NCBI GenBank assembly: GCA_964270895.1
Contig: OZ185437.1
Source of the DNA: Podarcis filfolensis
Lineage: Eukaryota
Length of the DNA stretch: 64,000 bases
Reading direction: 5' to 3' (one strand)
Shown here: positions 1 through 12,300 of the stretch, in pieces
Position numbering within the stretch: the first letter of the stretch is position 1
Layout of the letters: every line of letters begins with the position of its first letter
Notes under the pieces: model-generated
What the model was told of the DNA's origin: nothing
Databases searched by the model: none
The model's input: only the letters and a program-made list of their open reading frames with translations
Position numbers and translations under genes: made by a program

Positions 1-1607
1 GGGGGTGGGGGCAGTAAGAGCCTGGTGAGTCACACCACATGACTTTGTAGCCACTGTAGTACTTGAGGGCGGCACATGGCAAGGCGGGACACCTACTGTA
101 GACCTATCTTCATAACCTTCTGACCCAACACTCTCATCCAACCCAGCACTCTTGTATCTGGCTTTAAACAGAAGGGTGCCAAGAAAAGCAAAGGTGACAT
201 CAAGAGGATCTGTAATAATTAATTAAAAGACAGCTCTTTATATACCACAATTGTAAACAGATGCAATGCACAAGTAACAGTTTAAGTTACACTTTCGGCG
301 CCAGCTGTAAAATCTTCCTCGTTCTTCCAGGCCTTTCGAGTATCTTAGATGTATGGACCTGTGGATTAACATGATGACAGATGGATTGATTGTTTTCTGG
401 TACTGAACTGCTTATTTATTAAAAATATATATTCATTTAAAATCTCAAGACAATATGCAGTACTGTATTTTGTTTTATGTTCTTGCTTGTTTGATGCTTC
501 TGCTGGGTTAATGTAAAACGTAACTTTAAAAGTTGTCACCTGCCCCAAAATGATCTATGATGAAAGGTGTGAGACAAATTCTACAAATCAAGAACGCTTG
601 CTGTGCTTCTGTTCTTGGGAGCTCTAAGGACTGGGACCAGCCATAGGAGAACCTACAGCAAGTAGCCTCTCTGAACAAAACCATAACCAACAACTGTTCT
701 GGAACATTATCAGTCCATTGAGGTAAAGAAGGTGCCAGCCTATTTTAACCATACTATGTTCTGATCAATGGTGTGCTGGGCAAGGGGACATTCCTAGGTG
801 TACTGCACATGAAACAGCATTTTGTAGTGTGTTAGACATTTTTACACAGTTAAAGATCCTGTTAGGTGCTGGTGTGAGTGAGTGCAACATCAGTGTCTGC
901 AATGGAATCCAATGTTACCAACTAATAACCAAAACAGTAAATATTAGAGCCCATCAGATACTTAAATTTAAACTGCCCCAGCAAAAATGTGCCAGAGGGC
1001 CTGGAAGAGAGGTGTAGGTCTTCTCACTTCTGCTTTGCAAAGAGGATAAACAGTGAGAAGGACCCTGCTGTTTTTTTACCTTCTCCTAGCCACAGTGCAC
1101 ATGGGAGAAATTCTTGTTTCTCCTCCAAGCCTTCTGCATATGCCAAAGGAATTGGGAAAGCGGGTTTGATTGCAAGCACAAATAGTGGCTGCCTAGCAAG
1201 CCTCAACAAGATCTGTGGAATCTAATGCATCATCAATGACAATGGTACCAACACTGTAGATTAGATTAACTTGAAATTTGGCTCAGAGGTACATTTGTAT
1301 GATGATTTGCTCCCAAACAACTGCTCCCAACTTACACTTGGTATAACTGACTCTCTGGCAGAAGATGCATGCCTAAAATACTTTTGTTATCTATGTTTTT
1401 TTTTATTGCTCTGGTTTTATATTTCATTTGTTTTTTCTATACTGTATGGAATCAAAAGGGAAATGATAGAAATGTTTACCAAAAAAACCCCCCAGGTAAC
1501 CACCAATATATTAGCTAAACTGAATTTATAGCTGGTAATCCTGAAGACACTGAAATGTCTTAATTAAACTGTTAGAAACAGAATCCAATATTCACAAACT
1601 ATGGCAT

Positions 1608-1613
1608 TTTATT
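1608..1613 (-). terminator. Polyadenylation signal AATAAA of ARID4B
   Basis: On the minus strand AATAAA is preceded within about 40 nt by three TGTA (CFIm-type) motifs and followed by GT/T-rich GTTTGTG...TTCTGTTTCT. A second AATAAA occurs near 1402-1407. Confidence 0.6.
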
Positions 1614-3081
1614 TCGGAGGCCTTTGCTTACATTTATACAATATATTACATAATTCCATTGTCTGCAGAACCTAATATATATTTTATAGCTTTTCTTTAT
1701 ATGTCTTTCCTTCAATGTTTGTCAACAATTTTTTACAGTCCTGTACATATCTGAATAGCTTGAAACCATTTTCAATAAAATCAGTTACCTTTTAAGCACA
1801 CACTACTAAGACTGAAAATGCTTTTCTTAGAAAAGTCGAATGTAAAGATTCTGACACTCTAGCATCTACAAACAGAAGGTTTGAAATTCTTACATGTTGT
1901 ATTGCCAGAAAAAGAAATAAAAAGAAAAAAGAAAAACATGCCAGCCCCCATAAGCCCAGCCAAAAAAAGTACACAGAACTACAATTAAAACAGTAAAACA
2001 ATCTGTACAATAAAGTACTGTGTATTAACAGTGCCAGGTATTAAATAGCTTGAATGAACACTCTGCAATATACAAATGTCTTACAAAGTTGTGTAATTAA
2101 ATACAAGTGCCAACCGAGAGAGGGCTTGGGATCCATACAACATAAAGTCAATAGAAGTGAAAACAGTTGAGTTGATTTGGGGTTTTGTACAAGGCAATTA
2201 AAAAAAAAAGTATCTACCACTCAGTTAGCTATTTATATTATAAACAACTATCCCTTCTGTGGCAATGTTCTTCTCGACACCCATGTATAATATTAACACA
2301 GTTTACTCCTTCTTGAAGACCTCTCAGTTGTAGCTCATAATAAAATAAGCATTACAAATGAAATATTTGTTGCTTTAACTGAAAAGAAACTTTTACAAGA
2401 AAACACAAAAATATAAGTGTTATAATTCATTATGAATAAATATACACTTTAAACTGGCTAAATACAATCTTTATACATTAAGATTTAATACAGTTTGTTA
2501 GCCATTTTCTTCTTTTTTTCACAATGTATTTTTATCAAAATTAAAAAAAATACTGATTCATAGAAAAATGGCAAAGTACAGTAGTTTCATTCCAATTCCT
2601 GGGTTATTAAAAAACCCACAGTAACCTATTTAGCCTAATTCAAACCTGTAAACATTAGTCAGCCTTTTAAACAGAATCCTTATATTTGGTTATCAGGTCT
2701 GATGAGAAACATCCTATTGATGGCAGGTTTGGAATTAAATTACATGTGCTTGACTTGTACAGTTATAGCCACCGTAAGGTGACTTAGTTAAAAAACAATT
2801 GTCTTGTAAAAATGAAAATAGGTTCATTTTTCCTAAATAATGGAAAAATATCAAACGCTCCAGCTTTAACAAAATACCAGGGAATAGGTGAACAGTAAGC
2901 CACTTTTAACACATTAATCAGGCCTACCCAACAACTGTATGCTTACCGTATCCATTCTACTGGCAGTGAACAGCCTTCATTTGCCACAGTGGAAGGCCTT
3001 CAACTCACCACACAATTCCCAGACAAGTTGGAAACAATTATTGCTTGAGGAAAAGCAGTTTGTTGTACTTTTTCTTCAAAA

Positions 3082-3210
3082 AAAGTGCACTTAAGTGCAA
3101 AGTTAGCTTGTCAAGAAAAAATTTAAATACAAAATAGTGCTTGTCTGAATTTTGTGCCACTGTGCAGTATAAAAAGTGGCCCTCAGCAGCCATTAAGTGC
3201 AAAGTGCTTA
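3082..3210 (-). promoter_or_regulatory. Two clusters of overlapping miRNA seed matches (miR-17, miR-19, miR-130/301, miR-302/430 families) in the proximal 3' UTR
   Basis: mRNA sense TAAGCACTTTGCACTT (3210-3195) and CTTTGCACTTAAGTGCACTTT (3102-3082). Confidence 0.6.
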
Positions 3211-3224
3211 GGCAAGTCTTGCTG

Positions 3225-3355
3225 TCACCTGCACTCAACTGACATTCCATTCTGTGATGAACTCGACATGGGTGGATCTGCTAAACTTAACATAACTGCT
3301 GCTGTAATGGAACTGGAAGAAGGCGAGGAAGAGGATGACGACGTGGTAGCAGCAC
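3225..3355 (-). CDS. ARID4B: ARID4B exon 24 coding part ([43 protein letters not shown])
   Basis: cag|GT at 3355; TGA stop at 3227-3225. Confidence 0.97.
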
Positions 3356-6300
3356 CTGTAATGTAGAGCAAAAAATTAAATACTCCCTGAAAAGAATAGT
3401 TACAGAAATCAAATAACATTTAGGGCATATATCGGCATTTTGTAACTACCTCCTGAGTGCTTTTATAGTTGTGGTTGTCTCTTCAGTGATATGTGTTGCT
3501 TTATTAAGCAATCTTAAGGGCATTTACAGCACAATCATATAAAAGTTTGTACTGAAGTAAGTCCCCTGGATTTCAGTGGGGCTTAGTCACAGGTAAGTGG
3601 GTAAGACTATAGCCTCAGTTCACTTTGGTGCACACAGACTGCCACAATTCAAGAAGGTATACTTCATTTTAATGGATTCACTTCTGTTACCAAGTTCATT
3701 TTTGCATTGAAAAAGAGCTTTATGAAGCCCAGTCTTGCAACAGAAGCCCAACCAGGATTACCAATTTGCCCATCTTGTATTTTGGAAGGATTTTGCCTTT
3801 GATCTTAAGTGAAATAGTAAATGTCACTGAGATGAAAGGAACTTGCTTCCATTTTAGTGCACTTAGGTTTGGGGTATTTGTCTGAAACATAGTAGTTTTA
3901 CTTGCTTCAGAGTTAATTTTCCAGATGAGTTTAAGACTGCTGGGTGAGGCATGTCCCGTGTTCCAATAACTGCATTATCTCTCAGTTTAGACATTACATT
4001 TGAAGGAGCAGCAAGGGAAAGGAAAATATGATCTAAAGATCCACTTCCCATCACACACTATACACAGGCTCACACTGTTGCTTTGTAATAAGACCTTTTT
4101 GTGCATTATCATTATATAGATCAGTTTGCCAGCTCCTCCTCCTGGCCTAACAAACAGTACAATCAGGTAGCACTTGTGGATTGAGCGGTTGCAATGAGAT
4201 AATCCTAACTTTCTCACAAACGTGTTTGCTTCCTTGTGATTATTTTAATGTACACTGGATGGGAAATAGGTCTACATGGAGCAATTCCTGCACTCTTCTT
4301 TTACAATGCCTGCCCATAGAGAAGAGATGAGCATGAGCTTTATTAATGCCTCTGCTTTTTATTCTGCACTGGTTTGGTTTGGTTTTTTAACTTTGCTCAA
4401 GTACAGAATCAAAGAGGCAGCCACTGAGCATGTGAAAAATAACAATGTGAGAAGCAAGGGACAGCATTCAGGCTCAGATTAGGATAAGATTGAAACGGTC
4501 CCTTAATACTCACAAAATAATACCTAATATTTTAAGAGACACCCAAGAGTCAAATTCTAACTTCGTCAACATGTTCAAGACCTAATTACTTACTTTCCCG
4601 CTCTTTTTTCTTCAAACGTTTTCTTCTTCTGTCAATGGAAGCTACTTCAGATTTTAAAGACAAGTAATGTTTCCTGATTTCTTGTAGCTTTTCTTGTAGG
4701 ATTGTTATGCGCTCTGTGCTGCTCATATTTTCTAGCTCAGCTGCAGAGAAAGCAACATTCATTAGCTCAATGCAAAATCTTAATTCTTCCACCTTATGAA
4801 AAATAACACAAAATGAGGGATAGACCAAAACTGAAGGAGATGCAACAAATTTATAGCATTATACAAATTCTAGATTTAATTAAATAAAAATCGGGCAGTG
4901 TTAAGAAATAAATGATTCTTTATAGAAAACTGGGAAGACTGGATGAGTCTACTTATCAAGGTTATTCTTGTATCAGTAGCCAATGCCACTAGGAATGAAA
5001 TAATCACCACCCACAAAAACCAACCAACCAACCAACCAACCAACCAACCAACCAACCAACCAACCAACCACCTATGTATATTTATTTTGCCATAAGATTT
5101 CAAGGCAAAGAGTCTGCTTCATTAGATGCAACGTGAAAGTTTATGCTATAATAAATCTCTTAAGTCTTTAAAATACTACAAACGTCTTTGCCTTTGTTGC
5201 AAAACAGGCTAACATGGGTCATTCCCTTGCCCCTCCAACAACCTTGGGGTTGCAGAAGGTACACATTCAAAAGTGCAGGCACAGCAACAAGAAATCCATA
5301 CTTACACATCTGAAAACTCCATTTGTAAAGTTTTGGCAAGCGATTGTTCTGTTCCTTGAGATCAGAATCCTTCTCTCCATTTTTGCCACACTTTCCTGGA
5401 GACTGTGTTCTTGCTGGAGATTTGGTATTCTGAGACTTCATTGCTGCAGGAACTGATTTTGCTGGCTGAGATTTGATGATACTTTCTCCAGCAGAAAGTT
5501 CTTCACTATCACTGCTGTTTGCTGAAGAAACACATAGGAAATACAGGTTTAGCATATTTCTAAAAATCTCAGCACCCCTTTGAATGATTGTTTCCAATTA
5601 TAAGACGCATCTCTTACTGCGGGGTAAAACTAATCTTGACGCAGACAATCTGGCTGCAATCTTCCAATAAAAGCAGAATGGCAGTTTAAAACAGGTAACT
5701 GGAAGAGAAAACGTAACACTTGTTTCCATAGAGATGAGTGGTACCTGGCCCTGGTGCCAGAGGGCAAGGAATTCCACAATTTGATATGGGTTAGGCAGCC
5801 CTTATCACTTATGAGAACTCATTCGGGGCGGGGGGTATACAAAATTTTTTTTTGTATGTACAGATTCTATAACTTCTTCATTCCAACAACACTTCATTCT
5901 CAGTTGTGAGAAACATGAATGATATTAAGGTTTGACCCAAAAGCAGGCCCAAAACTGTTGCAAAGACATTTTCTAAAGTTTGAAGCTGAAGTTTGCTATA
6001 CTTACGTTTGCTTTTCTTTTTGTTGTTCACCACAGATGCTTTGTGACTTCTTTTTTGCTTTTTTGAGGAACCACCTCCTTGGACATCTTTGAGCCTTTTT
6101 TGGCCTGGACAAGCTTTAGTAAAATAATAGCAAGAACAAGATATTACACAATGTATTTTACATACCAGAGACACCAATGTTTACTTTTTAAACGATGAAG
6201 TGGAATTAACTTAAAATATCTGCTTTCTGCTTCAATGCAAATTCTCTAAAGTAAGTAGGCCTAGACCAAAGAAGAGACATACCCATGTGGGGAAAAACCG

Positions 6301-9300
6301 CATGCACAACCTGAGCTTTGCTTGCTGCTTTTGTCTCAGCAGTTGCTACTGAAGAGGCAAACCACTGTTCAGTTTAGAAAGCATCTTGCCTCTAAGGCAG
6401 TGGAAACTAATGTGGCAAAAGCAGGATGTGAAGTTGCAGCTGTGTGTGTGGTCCTTTCCTGCATAGCCATATCCCTTTTTTGGGTCCAGCCATAGAAAAT
6501 ATGAATGCTAGATACTCTGATTTATTCAAAGCAAGGATTTTGTTAGATGATTCCTTAAAACTGAGAGAAGAAAAAACAAGACATATGTTATTAAAATAAA
6601 CTTTCAAGCAACTATTTTTATCATTTTAATAGAATGATAAAGTAATGGCCACTCTTAGTTTAGAAATCCCTTTAGAAAATGTGAAAAAAATATGCAATAC
6701 TCCTGTAATAAAAAGCCTACCATACTAGGGATGAAATTTAATAGAATAGGAACACTTAATCATGCTTGTATGTTTTTGAAAGATTTTGTTGTTTTCAGCT
6801 GTCTATTAATTTAACTAAGTCTGAGACAATTTTATCATAGTTTCTAAAGACAGTAATCTACATTTCACAGGACATGTAAAACTACTATGCTGAACAACAG
6901 ATAACATGAACAGAGCAGAAATGGAAGAATGCTGTAGAGCAAACCAGGATTGGTTGGCAGTGACAAGCGGATAAAGAAGATCAAATGTGCAGTCTGATGT
7001 CCTCTTCAGTCAGCTGCACCATTCTTTAGCAAAATATATAAATATTGTACTGTAGTTAATACTGTACTGAAATTCAAAACAATTTTGTTAGATCCCATGG
7101 TCAACTATAATCTACTAGACCATATAATCTAGACTGTAGCCATTCAATTACATTTTCCGGATAACTTTTGAGATAACAAAATATTTTCATTCTCATTTGT
7201 GAGATAAACTTGTGCAAAGAATAGTGGCACATTCACATAGTTCAGTATTAATATCAGATTCCTAACATCTCTCATTTTAAATAATAAGACGCATTCTTTC
7301 AACTCTAAAATATATGGGGCTGAATCTGTTCCCAGAAGGGAAGCCTTGGGTCCAACCCACTGATAATTATATTCCATTTTCTGAACAGTACAGTTTTCAC
7401 AGAGATTTAAGACATCTTGAAGACAGACAGAAACCTTGGAACTCAACACATTAATAACGAATTTGGAAAAGTGAAAAAAGCCAAACGGCACAATGTTTAT
7501 ACCTTTCTCAGCGTGTTCTGGTTGATTGCTGCTGCTGGAGCTGACACTGGCATCAAAGCCTGTAGGAGATATATTTCCTTCAGACTGCAGGTCCTGCAGT
7601 TCCCCTACAACACTGTCCACCTCAATTGTGCTATCCGTTTCACTCTTGATGCTTCGTACCTCTTCTTGATTTGGTGCCAGTGGTTCAGACACAGACGCGC
7701 TGGACTGATGTCTGCTGGATTCTGCTACTGTTACAGACGGGGGCGATTCAGGTGTTGTGGGAGGGGTGTTTAGTACGGAATTACTGCCACTGCTTGGGAA
7801 TTCAACTTTTTTGTCATTCGTTTCAGCTGGCTTCTCCTCGACAGGTTTCATTTCTGTGCTGAGTGGCAAAGGTCTTTCAGATTTAGAACTGGGAAAAGAA
7901 GTCTCTTCTACGAGAGTTTGCAGGTGTTGCTCCGGTGTAGCATCCTCGGAAGACACATGTGGCGGAGAAGCTGCTGCCTCTGTGTCAGAGTCTGAAAAAA
8001 GCTCCTTGAGGGTTTTTTTAGGCCACTGCCCCTGAATACTCGACCAGACATCTTTTCGATCTTTAGCTCTGGTGTTTTGAAGCCTTTCGTCAGAGTTAGT
8101 TAGAAGCTTTACTCTCTTCTCTGCCACTTCAGAGAAACCTGAATAAAAAGCATTTGTCCGTAAGGATTTCCTCTTCTCATCCAAACCATTGTACTTCTTG
8201 GTTGGTGTTATTTTTAATTTAGTTTTCCCCTCATCTTCATCTGAGGAACTGTTGCTACTGTTTTCCAAACTTAACATGTCTTTGCCATTTGATTTTTCAT
8301 CCTTGATATTAGGTGACCCAGTTTTTACACATTCCTCTGGGACACAGTATCTTCGTTTTCCACGTTTCACCGGGGGCTTTGTTTTATCCACTGCCTCTTT
8401 TTTGACTTCTTTCTTCTTCTTGGTGGCTTCGTTCTCTCCCTCATAATCAGTATCATCAGATAGTTCTGCCAATTCTTTTCGTAGTCTTTCCGGAGATTTG
8501 GATGCTGGTTTGGATGCTGTGGCATCTGAAAGGGATTTGACCTCTTCTGGAAAGGGCAAGCTGTTCTGCTCTTTTGGACAGAGTTCATTGTTACCTTGGC
8601 TCAAAGCCTCATCTTGCGGTTCTTCCTTACCATTATTATAAACACTTGGAGGACTTTGGTCATCATCTTGCTCGCTGTCATCAGAGCTTTCGGAAGCTGG
8701 GGGAGGAACCAAAAACCATCATCCTAACTATATTTCTGGATATATTACAATTATATTGATACAAAAACATTTGTTTTAGGCTTCGAAATCTTTCTATCTA
8801 TTAAAATTGGGCATTCAATAATCTTAAAAAGCAAATCAAACATGATTTTAAAAAAATGCTAGAGCTATACTGGTGGCAGTTCTTGTTTTCCAATTCTCAC
8901 AATGCTGCTGGGTAATTATACCAAGGAACTTGTATAGTATTTTGCAACTCTATTAAGTGATTGAGGCCCTGATAAATACATCTTCACTCATAGGAGCACG
9001 ATGCACATATGGATGTATGCAAAAATCTTCCCAGTTAAGCATACAAATTACATGCTCATCTCTTATAGCACTGATAACCTGATGGAGAGAATGGGATGCC
9101 TAGGTTTTACTCCTAATATGCAATCACATATAAGTAAGAGTGCTAATCACGTTTTTAGCAATGTGCATGAAATACATGGGGTTTCCCTCTCATGTGGTAT
9201 TCTTTTGAGAGAGGGTGGGTTATGGGTTTGTTTTTGCTCTTGTCTTTATTGTGTATTCTGTTTTTTTATATCTTGTGTTTTTATGTTGTGAACTGCCCCG

Positions 9301-12300
9301 AGATCTATGGATGAAGGGCAGTACAGTGGTACCTCAGGTTACAGACGCTTCGGGTTACGCGTTTTCAGGTTATGGACGCGCTGAAACCCGGAAGTACCGG
9401 AACAGGTTATTTCCAGGTTTCGGTGCTTGCTGAAACAGGCCCATGCAGATCTTGTCTGAGGACCCAGGGCAGGAGTCTTGTTAGAATAAAGTTATAAACT
9501 CAAACATGATAAGTACAGCCAGCCCCTGGCAGGCCCGCCACCCCCCACCCAGCCGGCTTCGCCCTCTGAGGTCCTGGACAAGTATACCCAACTGTTCCAT
9601 GCTCTGTGCGGGCCTGGGCTAAAATGCCTTACCAGTCCTCAATCCAGTTGTGTAACATCAGCCTCTTTTTATTTAAAAAAATCATTTAAGTGGACACTGG
9701 AAGCTGTAATAGAGTTGGAATATTGGTCCATCTGGCTAAGTATTGTCTAAACTGATTTACACACTTCTCCAAGTTTACAAGCAGGTGCTGAAGATTGAAC
9801 CCAGGTATTCCTGCACACAAAACTTGTGTTTTACCAATGAATGAGAACACTTCAGTGGGTTGTTGTTGTTGTTTTCTGCAAAAAGTAATATTATTCCTGC
9901 TTCTCCACAGGTTTTTGCATCAAAAACCATACTTTTTATGTTTATTAATGCAAACTGGACCTTAGATACAATTAATAAAAACCTTTAAGCAAACACCACA
10001 GAAATAAATATTCTTTTCTCAGACAATCTAAGATAGCTTGTAACTTGCAATACAAATGATGAAACAGACTCAAAGGAAAGTGCACGAGACGAAAAGGAAA
10101 TGAGGATGGTTTCAAAAGGCTTTATCAGAGAAATGGCTTTAAAAAGGAAATGCAATATTCTTTGGAGGATAAAAGTGAATCAATCCCACATGTTCTAAGA
10201 CTGTAGAATTGGAAAGGAAAGGAGAACGAAGACTCCCTAAAGGAGCAACATAAAGAGTATGGTTCCATTGTGAGAAATGACAGATTGATACCATATTGTA
10301 TGGGACCAGGTCCAACATTCAAACAACTGAGCAATCAATTCCATGAGCCCAAGGGACTTTATATTTATCTTCTTGATCAGCAGCTTGTTGATCAAGATGG
10401 CTTTTAAAACTTCGAAGATTTTCATGGACAGCGGCTGTTCAGAAAAATCAGCCAGTAATTCCATTCAGCAAACACAGGCCTTTGGGCTCAGCTAAAGTAG
10501 TTCGTTGGATTCTGACCCAAGACTAGAAGCCACAAGTTTGTTTAAGGAGGAATGGAACTACTAGGATGTGGGTGAAATGAAATAAAAAGTTAAAATGTGA
10601 GTTGCAATATCTAGTAACAGACAGAAAAGCAAAAATTTGTTGATGTCCATAAAAAAGGAAAATGTTAGAACAAACTAGGAACAGATGAATGTAGATGGTA
10701 GGAAACAAAAGAACAAAAAAGAAGAGGGGGCAACTCACTCACACAAAGAGATTCTGCTAGGAGAATACATGATTACTTATTCCGGCCTGCTATAGTTTTC
10801 CTGTTTCTTAATGAGCCTAGATTCTTATCCATACTTTGTACTAAGTAAATGATTGGTCATGCTTAAGCTAGTCACCAGTACTACTGATTTCAAAATACAT
10901 GAATGTGCTTCCCTCTTTCTTCTTTATCAGCTCTTATCTTTGCCTTCTGTTCTCTCCTTGGGTGAGATCCAACATAATGTTAACACAAGATGTTTGAGAG
11001 TTGACATTGTCATGTGAGTCGCAACACACAAGCTTATGTGTCACAGAGACTAATAATAATAATAATAATAATAATAGCAGTGGCGCTAGGTGTTGCACTA
11101 CATCTTACACACAATACTAATTGAATTTGGCTTTTGTGCTAAGCTAAGAACAATACTTCCATGATGGAGAAATAATTTCTAGATCCCTATATTTAAACAG
11201 ATTACATCAGTAGAGATAATTTCCTCAAGTATTGTAATTCTAAACATTCATGCTAATGTGGTAGGAGTAAACATATCAGTATTGCCTTGATCACTGCAGC
11301 AAAATAAGCAACATTTGCTCCATTTTACCTTTGGGTTCAACCCATGAAATGTAAAGAAATAAAACAGAAAATTTAGAGAAAAGTATATGCTCCAAGAAAT
11401 AAAGACTGCATCTTCACTGCAGATAATCCTTGTACAAAAGATTACTTCACTGCACAATGCATGCATCATATGCACACAGTACAAAAAAGTTACAAACTAA
11501 TTAAAACTTCCAAAACTTAATAAGAAATAGCTATTTTCTGTGCAATTTTCCATTTAGTGTTGGATTGTTCTTAGCATCAACCTCACAAATGTGTCCACAG
11601 AATTTACTAGTCCACCAATGGAAAAATTAAATAATTATTAACACGTATTCTCAAACACATGTGTTTGCATAAATGTTACCCTTGACACTGATACATATCC
11701 CTACATGAAAACATTTAGAGATGAGTTCATGTGTTAGTTATTAATGGCAGTTTGACAAGGCTCACCAAGGCTTTGTTGTCTCCTTGTCTGAACATGGTTC
11801 TTATTCACTAAAGGCGACTAGACGAGGGTCTGTTTAAAGCCTGTGCTACATAAAGGATTCTCTTCCCTAGTACTAGAAAATGTTTGCACAATAAACTGGA
11901 ACGTGTCTATTACCTTGCAGTCCATTAAGGATAGAAATAATCTCTGAAGATTTGTTTGGAGCAGTTTCAGAAGTTTTGGCTTCAGCGCAGTCTGATTTGG
12001 ATGCCATCTCAGGTGATATACTGGCATGAAAAGGTGGTTTTGATGAGCGTCGCAATTTAAACGTTTTAGGAGAATATTTTTCATCTTTCTCTTTGTCTGC
12101 TTTATTCTAGTGTATAAGAAAAATATATTCCGTTAATTAAGCCATACTATTTATCTTAAGAGCATTTTGAGCATTAAACTCTGGAAAGGTATCACACAGG
12201 CTGTGGAGAAGGAAGCCTAATGGAGCAGATATTAAGCTTTTTACAAGAATTCCATAAGTGGAATTTTATCTTTGTTAGATAATGAATTTCTGCCAACAAA

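Larger units (their letters stand above)
1590..3224 (-). other. ARID4B: ARID4B 3' UTR (about 1.6 kb; end approximate)
   Basis: Repeat-free AU-rich sequence after the stop, running to the polyadenylation signal below. Confidence 0.65.

Noticed and set aside
1-1590. Start of RBM34, the human downstream neighbour of ARID4B, or another gene
   Set aside because: No CpG island and no RBM34-like peptide in any frame. Short frames such as EERGRFYSWRRKV* (about 290-350, minus) match nothing I recognise.
4876-5103. ORF with WLVG repeats
   Set aside because: Translation of the (CCAA)n microsatellite
7417-8446. Plus-strand ORFs 7417..7773, 7757..8035, 8189..8446 (also 16850..17083, 29105..29395)
   Set aside because: Antisense shadows of ARID4B coding exons; no independent gene structure
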